The notes below the pieces were generated by a model. That model worked only from the letters and a program-made list of their open reading frames with translations. It was not told the origin of the DNA and made no database searches. Of a stretch of DNA of 64,000 nucleotides, positions 23,256 to 49,345 are shown in pieces; within the stretch, counting starts at the first letter, position 1; each line of letters begins with the position of its first letter. The stretch comes from Euglena gracilis (taxonomy: Eukaryota). The translations under genes and the position numbers were made by a program. The DNA lies in the NCBI GenBank assembly GCA_039621445.1, contig CP154954.1, forward strand, positions 22,828,954 to 22,892,953, written 5' to 3'.

Positions 23256-23697
23256 TGTATATATATATATATGTATATGTACATATATATGTATATATAT
23301 ATATGTATATATACATATGTATGCATATATATATATATATATATATGTCTGGGAACGACCAGAACCCCTGATGAAAACACCACAATTATCAGAGGGGATG
23401 ACCCAAAATTAAATCACTTCTAAAATTCGGCACAACAAAATCTAATTTGTAACGGTTTCCTACCCCATGACGTTCCGCGAATGTTCCGCTTCGATTCATC
23501 CGCGAAGACTTGAACCTAAATCTGCCGGCCTTTTTTTCCAGGATGCCCCACACTTGTCAGCCGTGGAACGTGTCGGCTCGGAAGCCTCAGATCCGGCTGC
23601 TTCTCCGAAGGGGTCCAGGGGGTGGGGGGTGAACCCTCGCCAGTGCCTCCAAAGGGACTGGTTTTGAACCCCCTGCCCTCCACCTTTTGTCCCACAG

Positions 23698-38260
<14,563 letters not shown>

Positions 38261-38830
38261 AGGCGGAGCAATTGTGCGGTGGGCGTGGTATTTTTGCACC
38301 AGACACGGCAGTTGCCTATCTGCACAAACGCCTCGTCAGTGTTCTAATTTTGGACATGGCCAATCTGTTCATTGATCCCAAATTGGCAATGGCCCATTTT
38401 ATGGTGGTCAGGACTTCACTGGCCAATGTAAACTTCCCCCCAAATTTATACCCTCCCAAGTATAAAGCCCCAAATATAAAGCCCCCCCCAATACAAAGCC
38501 CGCCGGTGATGCCATTCAGGAAAGCAGAAAAATTCGGGTGGATATACCATTTCTTTCTACCAGCAATCGTCATTTCCGGACAAAACTTGCAAGTTTTTGG
38601 GGGGAAATAAGAGGTATACAATGAAAATTTGGTAAAAAATTGGTATTTGTCCAGAGTTAAAGGCTGTCGAAATTGGTATAGTCCGCCCTGAAAAGTTTGA
38701 TTTTCCCCAAAAAATATAACCCCCCCCCCCCCGAGGGTCTTGAAATCCCCCCCAAATATAATTGCCGGGGGACATTATACAGTAAATTTGGGGGGGGTAT
38801 GTTTCTATATAGTTTCCGGATCCTCCTCAG

Positions 38831-41800
38831 GAAGCCAGCTCCATGTTATCAAGGGCCACACGGACTACGTGACCGCAGTCACCGTCTCCTCGGATGGCAA
38901 GTACATTGTCTCCGGGTCCCGGGACACAACCGCCCGGGTCTGGAGTTGCTTGACAGGTGTGCCGTCAGCTGCGACCTCTCTGCTGGTGGGTGAAGAAAAG
39001 CGTCCCAGTTTGGCGCATTCCAATTTCAGTAATTGCACACATCTTAGCAAAGCCCCAGAGCCAAAGAAGACCTCGCTGAAGCCGGGGAGACCTTCCCCAA
39101 AACTGGTTTGTCACACAGCCGGAACGGAGTCATTTCAGACTGCTCCAGACGCTTTGCCCAACACACTTGTTGTATTATTGACTCTTTCCAATTCTGAAGA
39201 TTGATACAAACTGATAAGGTGCATATATCCGTGGGAAAGCTTGGGCCAGCCCCAGGAGGATTGGGAGGGGGTGCCAGAATGGAAACCCCTCGCGTGCCTT
39301 TTGTGTGGCCTGCTCCCCGCAGTGGGGCCGCTGCGTTGGCGCGTCGCGTTGTGTAGGGGAGCAGCTGGCAGTGCTGCAGGGCCATGAGCACATGGTGACC
39401 GGGGTGGCCATCTCCCGGAACAGCACGCTGGTGGTCACCGGCTCCCGGGACAAGTCCGTCCGGCTGTGGGATTTGGGGACAGGTCTGTGTGGGGGGGGCA
39501 TCATGCATATATGCACACACATATGCATGTTCATATATATGCATATATTTACATATACATGTACATATATATGCATATATACATATATATGCATACATAT
39601 TCACACATATGTGCACGCCATCGCAATGAAAACTGTTGAAGTGTGAACCCATGAAACCGTGATTTTTCGCGATGTGGCAATGGAAACCTGTGGGTGGATG
39701 GATCCTCGGCTTCTTCTTAGGACGTGAGGTCTTGGCCCTGCACGGCCACACGCACTACGTCAGCTGTGTGGCCATCACACCAGACAGTGCATTTGTTCTC
39801 TCCGGCTCGTACGACGAGACGATCCGCCTGTGGAGCAGCCGCACAGGTATTAGTCGCATTGTCTCACTGCTTCTGAGCTGAGTGTTCTTTGAATTCATGG
39901 GCTATTTGAGTGCCTCACATCTTGTGTTATTTGGAAACCGATTTCATCTTCGCCAGACCTCCGCAAACATTTAATTGCCAACAATGTTGAAGGGTGTAGG
40001 AGGCCACCGCAACCACTGTTTTCTGCTGCCAGCCCCCATCGGCTTAAAGCAGCCCTATGGACCGGGGCAGGGGGTGCCTCACCCCATACCCTTTCCTCGC
40101 CTTATGTCGTCCCTCTTTCCTTGTGCGGTGCGCCCCCCATCCAGGAGCCCATTTTACTCCCTCCCCCGGAATTTAGAACATCCATTTGGGTGGAAGCTCA
40201 AGACCCCCAGGGGGGGTTCTGTATTTGGTCGGGAATTTCATCAACCCGAAGTTTATTGGTATGCATCATATTCCACCATAAATGACATTTTGGGTCTATC
40301 TTTGAAAATATCTTCAGTAGCTCAGCTTATTATTGCCCAAAAAGCAATACTGTCAAAAAACTGCTGGGTAAAGCCCCTATGACTCCAAAAATCGGAACTT
40401 CTTGCAGCATTTCTTGACATATCGCTTTTCAAAAAGGGAGGATTTGTACTCAGACCAAATCAGGGAGGAGGATGGGAGCGGCGGACCATATATGTGGGGA
40501 GGAGGAGGAAAACCAGAACGAGCCCGCTCTGCCACAGGGGTTGGCCGAAACAAGTGCTCGCCCCTCCCCAGATCCTGCAGAACCCGGAAGTGACTGTTTT
40601 GAGGTCAAAATCTGTTTCTGCCGCTAAAGATTTTCCCCCTGCGAAGTGCAATGGTTTGAGGGTCCCCACACCACCGGTGTGGTGGGCCGCACGTGCCATA
40701 CGAAGGGCGGCCGCCGCCTTGCCCGCACCCCCACCACAGGGGAGCTGCGGGCCACGCTGCAGGGGCACACGGACTACGTCCGCAGCCTGGCCGTGTCCGG
40801 CGACGGGGCGTTCCTCGCCTCCGGCAGCAACGACTGCACCGTGCGGCTGTGGCGGCTGTCCACCGGTGCGTCGGGCTGCGTGTCGGCGCCGCGTGAATTG
40901 CGGTGCTGGTCGCGAATGGCCGTGACGGCTCGGCCTTCGGCTGAGGAAATTGCGGCCCCGGATTCGCCGGTTTGCGTGGCACAGCCGCGGCTGTAAGGGG
41001 GCAGCTGAAATGCATCGAAATTAAAACCAAAAATTATGAAAATTTTGCCAAATAATATCCCCCAAGTAATGTTCCCCCTTAGGGTGGACTGCAGCCGACC
41101 AAATAATATTCCCCGGGGTGGTTTTATTTTTGGGGGGGTTAAGATGGAGACAACAATCCAAAGTCAAAAATGCACAGATGGCCAGGGATTGACCCAGTCC
41201 AAGGCGGCGCGAATTGCCCAACATTTTTTCAAATTTCTGCGCGTTTGAGGTGGGTGGGTTTCCGCTTAGCCGACCCCAACTGTTTGGGGTTGAAATTTTT
41301 TAGAGGTAACACTGATAGAAAATTTTGGGTCATTTTAGGTCAATTTTAGGCATTTTGGCAAAATGCTGATTTTGAAAATTTATGGCTGTTTGGGGGGGGG
41401 TTGGGAAACACACCCCCGGAACGCCTTGAAAACTTGAAAAAAAACACAAAACAGCCGGAGAACACCTGGCCTCCATAGCTCCGGTTGTGTCGCGATGCTG
41501 CCCGACCCACCCTCTGGAGGGGAGTGCCATGGTATCACCTGTGAAGAAAAGGCAACTGCCTAAGCAACCCGCCCATTTTTGAACCTCTCATGAGTCCCGA
41601 GGTCCAGTGATGGGGGAGGTAAACAGACAAAACTGCCAAAAGGATGCTGTAATTTCTGAAAGAGATGGGTTGGGTGGTTATCTGCCTAATTTTTGTTTGT
41701 ATGAAGAAGAGATGCTGCCGGGACTGGACTGGGAGTAACGTTTAAAATGGTTTAAGTGGTTTACCGCCTAAAGAAGTGATGATTCTGTGCTGAGGTGTGT

Positions 41801-44800
41801 GTTGTGTGTGCTTGCCGCTGGTGCTCTAAATGGTTTATGAGAACCCCTGCATTCCCCCCTCCTCCTGGGCTGTGCACCGCGGCGTATCATTCAGCTAAGC
41901 AGGATGGCAGTTGGACCAGGAAAGCACGGGAGTGAGGCATGGTTGCCTATGCTGCTATCCAGAAGAGGGGGAGTGGGAGATGGTACAACACCATTCTGGC
42001 CATCACAGCTTCAAGAACTTTGAGAAGCTTGGGGCCAAGGTGAACTGAAGTAGTATGCGGTTTGAGTACACCGTATCTTAGTTTGTCAGCACACAAGTTC
42101 CCTCAGCTGGGCTCCGCAAAACTGAACACGTTTTCCCCACCTGTAAACCCCCACCGAGAAAGACATGGATAAATTTTTGTTTGAGGCGGCGCAGAAGCAG
42201 AAGGCATTTTTTTTGGAAGTTTTTGTAAAACGGTTTGCAGGTGGATCTCCGAGTCCATGGATGCATGAAAGATTAGAAAGCTTCATGCACAGCTACCAAG
42301 AATGGGTGGACCTGTTGGGTTTTTATTTGTTTTGTTTGGTTGATGGTGCTGTCGGGTTGGGGGTGTTTGTGAATGACACGTGGGAACGGGAGGTGGCAAC
42401 ACGCTGAAACCTCCAGAAGTCGGTTATCACGTGAATGTTGTTAAGTTGTGAAGTGTCAATGAACAAGTCAAGTGAAGTTGTTAATGAACAAGTGTGAAGG
42501 AGGTGGAGGGGATGTTTGAGACGTTTGTGAACGGTGGCAGTAAGCGGTTATCAACCTGCTCCACCTTTTTTTCCACTGGTTTCGCCCAGATGTAGTGTTG
42601 ACAGAAACCTGCTTGGAGCTTGTTGTCGTCCCGATGGGTTGTGAATGTGATGTCTCGGTGTCCCGACGTGCGTCAGTGACTGGTGTGTCAGTGAGGCATG
42701 GCAACATGATGTTTGAAAGTTGGGCCAGACAGGCTGAAAGGGAGCTGCGGCTGCTGTACCGGGGCTGCAAGCACCGAAGCAGGCGGAAACCCGCCTGGAA
42801 TTTGAGCAGGAGGGGGACACCCTCCTCTCCAATGAGGTGGACATGTTCTCCCGTGGCCAGTGGTGAAGGTGTCGTCTGCAGGGGCGGCAGTGGAATGCAC
42901 ATGTCAGTTGCCAGGCAGGCTGCGGTGCGGTACAGGTGCTATTCAACCGCTGTCCCGATGAACAGCCAGAAAGCTGAGGTCAATTTCTCAGGAGGGAAGA
43001 AAGCACCTCCCGGACCCCTCCTCTTGGAGCCCAATGGTGTGGGTGGTCCAAAACCAGGGTTCCGGGGATAGCTGGCGAAAAAGGAAATAAATCGGGAAAC
43101 GGACAGAAATGCGCTTATTTCAGCAGCTGGTGGCGGCAATCGAAAAATTTCGGAGGTTTTCGGAAGGATTCCTCCAAGGCCTTTTGAATGGTTCTTTCAG
43201 AGAGTTTTACAGCATTTTCCCTTTGAACACTAGCAGCTTTTGCTGACATTCTGACAAAATGCCCAGAGCACCTCCTTTTTTCTCGTTCTTCCATTTTTCG
43301 GGCTAGTGTGGAAAAGTTTCAACATTTTGCAAACAAACCATGTCATTCCAGGGGGGTTCCCATCTTCCGCTATCGTCCGCAAACCCTTTTGTTTTTCAGC
43401 CCACCCTTAGGTGTCCCGGCGGTTTCCCACCTGGCCTCTCTGACCTCACAGCTGGTATACCCCCCCCTCCATTAATTGTGTCTCTGCAAACCCCGTCTCC
43501 ATCCCAACCCAACTCACAAAAGAAGGCCAAGCGTGCTCAAGCGTGACAAGTCAGCTGTTGGCCTCTTGAGCAGGTACTGTGCGTTTCATTTTAAGCGAAT
43601 GACCGCCTACGTCGTGTCTTGGTCCCCACCCAACCCCATGCCAGCTCCTCAATGGTGGTTTTAAATTAATGTCGGCCTGGTTAGGCGGTTAACCTCCTAA
43701 AACAGAATTGTTGGTGTGTGCAAAGACTTTGTGGTGTTGGCTCATACTGGATGCTGCAAGTGCAGAGTTTCATCAATTAGTCAATTTTATTTTTTTGATT
43801 TTGGGTCATTTTGGACAGGAACCATTTTCTATCCAAGAGCGTTGGCGAAGGCAGGATATCATCGGGTGGCTGCCCACGTCGTCAGGGAGTTCTCCAGCTA
43901 CCATTGGCCATGGTCTTATTGTACCCCATTCCAGAGACCCCAGCACGTGCTGACGTCTGGCCAATGCTGGTCCGACACAGTTGAGGGGTAGGGCAACACC
44001 ATCAGGACGCCACCATGTTTCTTATTCACGCCATACGGATTCCCAGCTACACTATTCGCCAAGCACTCACCACATTACACACACAACAGGTGGATTCCCT
44101 TCTACAAGTCATCAACTGTTTGTGTTATGGTAGGCGGTAATCCGCGTACCATTCTTTGTTTTCACTTTTAGGCGGCGATCCGCGTACAAGTTTATTCCAC
44201 GCGGATATGCACCTGAACAATTCACGCTGTTGTCTGATATCTCTTGTTTCATTTTAGGTGGTTATCCGCGTACGCTTGTAATATTCATTCGTTTCTCAAA
44301 TACCGTTTAACACACAGTCACACCCATGTCACACCCATCCAAAATCAGTGTTTTTTCGACCATTCCAAACAGTTCTAATGCATTCCCAAATCACACAATT
44401 CACACACAGTCGGAAATCGTTTAGGCGGAGAACCGCGCAAAACCACGTCCGGAAGATTTTGGCCCAAAGCTGCCACCCACCCCTCTGAACCTAAAATTTT
44501 GTGGCCTTTCACGTGGGTTTCAAAACAGCCAAAAAATGTCCAATAAATGCAAAAATCGGTTGGGCGATCCGCGCCCCCCGAAGCCAGCGTTTCCAGAAGT
44601 TGGCGGACCACTGCATCCCCTCGCACAGGGCAGCTGGCCCACGTGCTTCAAGGTCACAGCGACTACGTCACCTGCGTGGCGATATCGCGCGGCGGCGGCC
44701 ACATTGTGTCCGGGTCGGAAGACAAGACCATCCGGGTCTGGGACCGACAGACTGGTATGTGCATTGCCCGGTCTTAGCACCCATGAGAATATGTCCCACA

Positions 44801-45625
44801 ACGTCCCAAGGTCGTTCCAGTACAGATGCACCATATATTTGTGGAAACGTACAGCAGATTTTTTTCTTTTGAAACTGGATATTTTTGCTTTTTTTTTTGT
44901 TGATGGGATGTCTGCCTGGCTGCCTGGCTGCCTGGCTAGCTGTCTGTCTGTCTGTCTGTCTCTCTGCATGTCGGTGTTTCAGGAGAGCTGCTGGCAGTGC
45001 TGGAGGGGCACGCCGGGGACGTCAGTTGCGTCGCCATCGCCCCCAGCGGGGCGTACGTCGTGTCCGGCAGCTTCGACCGCACCCTGCGGATCTGGAGCCC
45101 GTTCTCGGGTGTGGCCCCTTGCCACCCCCCTCCGCTGCCCTCGGCACAGAACCCGATGGCTGCGGGGTGTGTGGCGCAGAGCATCCTCGCCGCTGGTCAA
45201 CGCGCCACCCAGCGGTGCCAACAGCGGCGTGGCTCCCCCTACGCACCGAGACACCTCGTAGCATGGCGGTTCCGTGCCTTTGGCCCGCCACTGACGGCCC
45301 CGGTCCCCCGTGTCTCTGCAGGGGAGGTCTTGGGCGTGGCCAAAGGGCACACCGGGGACGTCACCAGCGTCGCGGTCTGCCCCGACAGCCTGTCGTTTGT
45401 GTCGGGCCAGGGCGCCTCGACAAGCAGCATGCTGATGCTTTGGTGTAGAATGGGGGGGGGCTAAGGAGGCGATCCAAAGCTGGTCCTGAATGGAAAGCGG
45501 TGCAGAATTAAAACCGCTGGGTTGTTGTGGGTCTATTTGCACTGCCACTTTCGCTGCGGCCCCCTGTGGCTGGCTCTCATGACAAGACGGTGCGCATCTG
45601 GCGCGGTGCCAGCAGCGTGCCATAA
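38831..45625 (+). CDS. WD40 repeat protein, seven repeats at the C-terminus; exons 38831-38956, 39357-39482, 39721-39846, 40740-40865, 44629-44754, 44983-45108, 45322-45404, 45572-45625
   Basis: Each exon reads like [42 protein letters not shown] (GH...SGSxDxTxRxW). The six introns between repeats are GT-AG phase 1, and the gene ends [18 protein letters not shown]. Confidence 0.92.
41200..44580. mobile_element. Possible degenerate ~3.4-kb DNA transposon inside WD40 intron 4
   Basis: The left part has (c)cgcctaa-like motifs and gcgcgaattgcccaac. The right part has repeated taggcgg..atccgcg and gttgggcgatccgcgc in inverted orientation. The interior is coding-like but broken by stops, and no transposase motif was recognised. 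Confidence 0.4.
45405..45571 (+). other. Nonconventional intron (167 nt) splitting WD repeat 7
   Basis: Starts ggcCAGGGCGCC and ends GGCCCCCTGtggct|g (8/9 paired). Removal restores [13 protein letters not shown]. Confidence 0.85.
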
Positions 45626-47947
45626 TGCCTGTGCCAAGATGGGCTGCTTGGGGAACGAGAGCACATGGGATGCTGCAGCAATCTGATCGGGAAACACACA
45701 ACTGATTTGGACTTTTGTGAGTTTAACTGACAGGTGTAACTGATCTCACCTTAGATTTATTTAAGGTTTTGAAGACCTCCCGTCCCAGCTGTTGCCCGAA
45801 TTTTTTTTGGCCGAGCTTTGCAGCACCTCCCAAGGGTATTTAAAGAGGTGTATGTATCACATATAGAGCTGTATGGGAATTATCGTGTGTATTGTGTGCT
45901 GTTTTTTTTTTGCAGCACACAGTACGCTTATATATACATATTATTAAATTATAATTTATATGTATATATACATATAAAATCATACACACGCATATATATT
46001 TGCATTTTTTTTGCAAATATGCTTCAGTTGTGGACATGGGTGTGTAATTCATCACATCCCATAATTATTTGACTTTCATTGTGTATTAGTATTGGCACAT
46101 TCCGCCACAGGGTGGGGCCCAAATAATGGGGCAGGAAAGAGACAAAAAGGTTGCAAAAAAAGAACAGGGAACCCCTGAAATTTTCGTTCAGAAGTTTGCA
46201 GTGCCAGAAATAATCAGCAAAAAGCATGTTCTGTACACATCAAAAGAAATTTTTGTCGGTGATTGAGAGGAAATGGTCGTTCAGTTTGGTAATCACAAGG
46301 AAGGTTAAAATGTGTCTTTTTTCTGTTTTTAAACATTGAAAAAGATGTGAGTTTTGAAACATTCACAACCTCAGATTTCTGACATGAGTGCGTTCCAGAC
46401 AAAATTTGAGAGTTTGAGCATTTTCAAGCTGGGTATCAAGTTGACCCCATTCTTTTTGAAGGCTTCTAATGAGCCACGCCGCAGCCCTTGTTGTCTGCCA
46501 CGATCCGCAGCCTGAGCCTGCGCCTGACCTGAGGCTGCATTTATCCCTTCCTCTTTGTCTGCATGACCCTACTCGCATCCCGTGTCTGCCCTTTGCGCTC
46601 CTGCTGCACAGTATGCCATTGATTTTTTGGAGCTTAAGGCTAGTTCCTGTCGCTGTCTGACCTTTATTTTTTTTATTTTGCCAAAGCTTGCAATATTCAG
46701 ACTCAGACCTCAAGCGACATTTGAGGAAGCTTTCCAGCCTCCTAGAAAGCTTCAAGAGCTCAAACGATGTTAGAGGAGGCTCCAGAGCCTCCTCCTATCC
46801 AGGTGTGTTGGTGCCCTCTTCAAAAAGTTGCCAAAGGACTTGTGCAACAAGGGGAGTTGCACACACAGGGTATATGTAACACAAGGTATTTTTTTTATAT
46901 TAGGTCCCTCCGAACAGTTGCATACAAAAGGCATTGGCAACGAAAGAGAGTTGCACACACAGAGGCATCCTGGGCATTGCATCCAACTGTGGGACGCCCC
47001 TTCTGGGGAATGTGTGGCTGGCCCAAGGAAGAAAGTGCAGAAAGAACATAGAAATCTAAAAAAATGCTGTATGTTCCTTGTTTGAGCAGTGCAACGGTGT
47101 TCATTACACCCTTTTGTGAGTTTCTTTTGTGAGCAGAGGCAGAGAATATGCACATTTTTCTTTTATTTTTTGTACATTTTTGTTATTTGTAATTTTTTGT
47201 GTCTTTACCAATTTGTTGTGATTTTTTTTTGTTTCTGGGAATCGTCCTCTGCCTTTTTCAGAAAGGAATCAAAACATCAATTTCCCCTAGTTTTCGCAAG
47301 TTTTGACCAATTTGTGACCTTTTTTGCTGATTGGACCCCCCCAAAGCAGCCGGAAAAAATGTCGCCATTTTTTCCCACGTTTGTACGTTTGTGGTCAATT
47401 TTTCCCTTGGTTTCCAGGGTGGCCGAACCCCCAGGGGGTAGTTACTGACTGGTTATCCAAGAAAAAGTGATTGACTGGTTTTTGGAAGAGTAGACCCCTC
47501 CCCCCAGGGGTTTGTGAAAATTGATTTGTTCTAACCCTCTAAAAAAACATATTGTCTGCTGATTTGCGAGCCAACCAAGTTGTCCTTGAGATCAAGACCT
47601 GCCCTCCATTGGGCGTATTGTAAGTAGGACACATAAAAGCACATACAAAAAGTGCCTTGCATATTTTTTTCCTTCAGATATGCCCCAAATGTCAAAAATC
47701 AGTGAAAAATTGCCACACCAAAAGAAATTTTCGTGCAACTCGCAAAGTGACATGGTTGGTTTGCCCAGCTGCGTCCAGTTATATTTCACTATGCAACCAC
47801 TGCTAATGGTCCAAAAATGTGTCTTCCAATTGTTTGGTGGTAGAGCAATTTGCCTGTGCAAATATCCAAAAGAAATAGGCGAAATATGCAAAAAAGGTGC
47901 AAAGATGCGACTTTTCTCAAATTGAAATTATGCAAACAAAATGCAAA

Positions 47948-48014
<67 letters not shown>

Positions 48015-48965
48015 AATTCAAATTCTTAATATTTTGGATTTTTTTGGATTTTGGATTTGCAAAAAATGCAAATTATGCAACTTGCATATTGCCCCCTGCT
48101 CAAATCCACAGAGCCATCTGGTAAAAAAACGTGCAAATAAGTCCAAAACATCCACATGTGGTTGAGCGAATAGTGTTGCAAAGTGAAAGAAAAAAAAACC
48201 CAGGAGCAGGTGAAAAGTTTCCCCAGCCCTCTCCAGCAGAAAGTTGTCTTAAAAGAATTCACGTGCAGCTTCATTTTTGCACTATGTTTGCTTTTTTTTG
48301 CATGTTTTGCGTGGCGTATTTTGTTGCACATCCCCCCCCTGATTTGAGCAGAAACTTCGCACGACCAGTGGCCCCCTGGGGCTGCCCCCCTTGCCCCGCC
48401 GCCGCCCCGTCGGGTTCGCGGCGCGGCGGTTCCCCTTCGCCCTCGCAGCCCCCCGCCGTCCCGCCTCGGGTGCATTCCGCCTCGATGGCAGCTCGCACCC
48501 AGTCCCCCTCCCTCTCATCCCCCAAACCGATTGGTCCCCAGGCTGTGTTTCCTGACGGCCAGACAGGCCCAAGGGCGTGGGCATCCACCTCTTCTGGTGG
48601 GGTTGGCAGCCCAGGCTTATCCCGGCCCCAATTGCACTTTTTCCTCCTGCACCACCTCCCTGCATGGGGGAGGGGTGCGGACCCAACACCAGGCCTTCAC
48701 GGGGAAAGGCAAGCAGCCTCCCTGCCATCGCCCTCCCACCGCTGTTGCTTGTAGACGCCCCATTCGCTTCTCAGCGAGTGTGAATAGCCCCAGCGGGTCC
48801 CATTATAGGCGCTGCGGTGTGGAATGAGCCGCATGTTCCAGACACCGTGCTGCCGCGGGTTCCGCCCCACCAACCTTTTTAAAGAATGTCGTGGGGGGTG
48901 GAAATCAGAGTTATTTATGCCTGCAACGAGGTGTGGTGTGGGTGGATGGGTAGGTGGGTATGGGA

Positions 48966-49057
<92 letters not shown>

Positions 49058-49304
49058 TGTGTGTGTGTTGTGTGTGTGGGTGTGGTGTGTGTGTGGGGGG
49101 TGTGTGTGTGTGTGTGTTGTGTGTGTGTGTGTGTGTGGGTGTGGGGGGTGTGTGTGTGTGGTGTGTGTGTGTGTGTTGTGGGTGTGTGTGTGTGTGGTGT
49201 GGGTGGGTGTGTGTGGTTGTTGTGTGTGTGTGTGTGTGTGTTGTGTGTGTGCTGTGTGTTTTCCTTGTGTGTTTTGTGTGTTGTGTGTTTTGTTTGTTGT
49301 GTGT

Positions 49305-49345
<41 letters not shown>

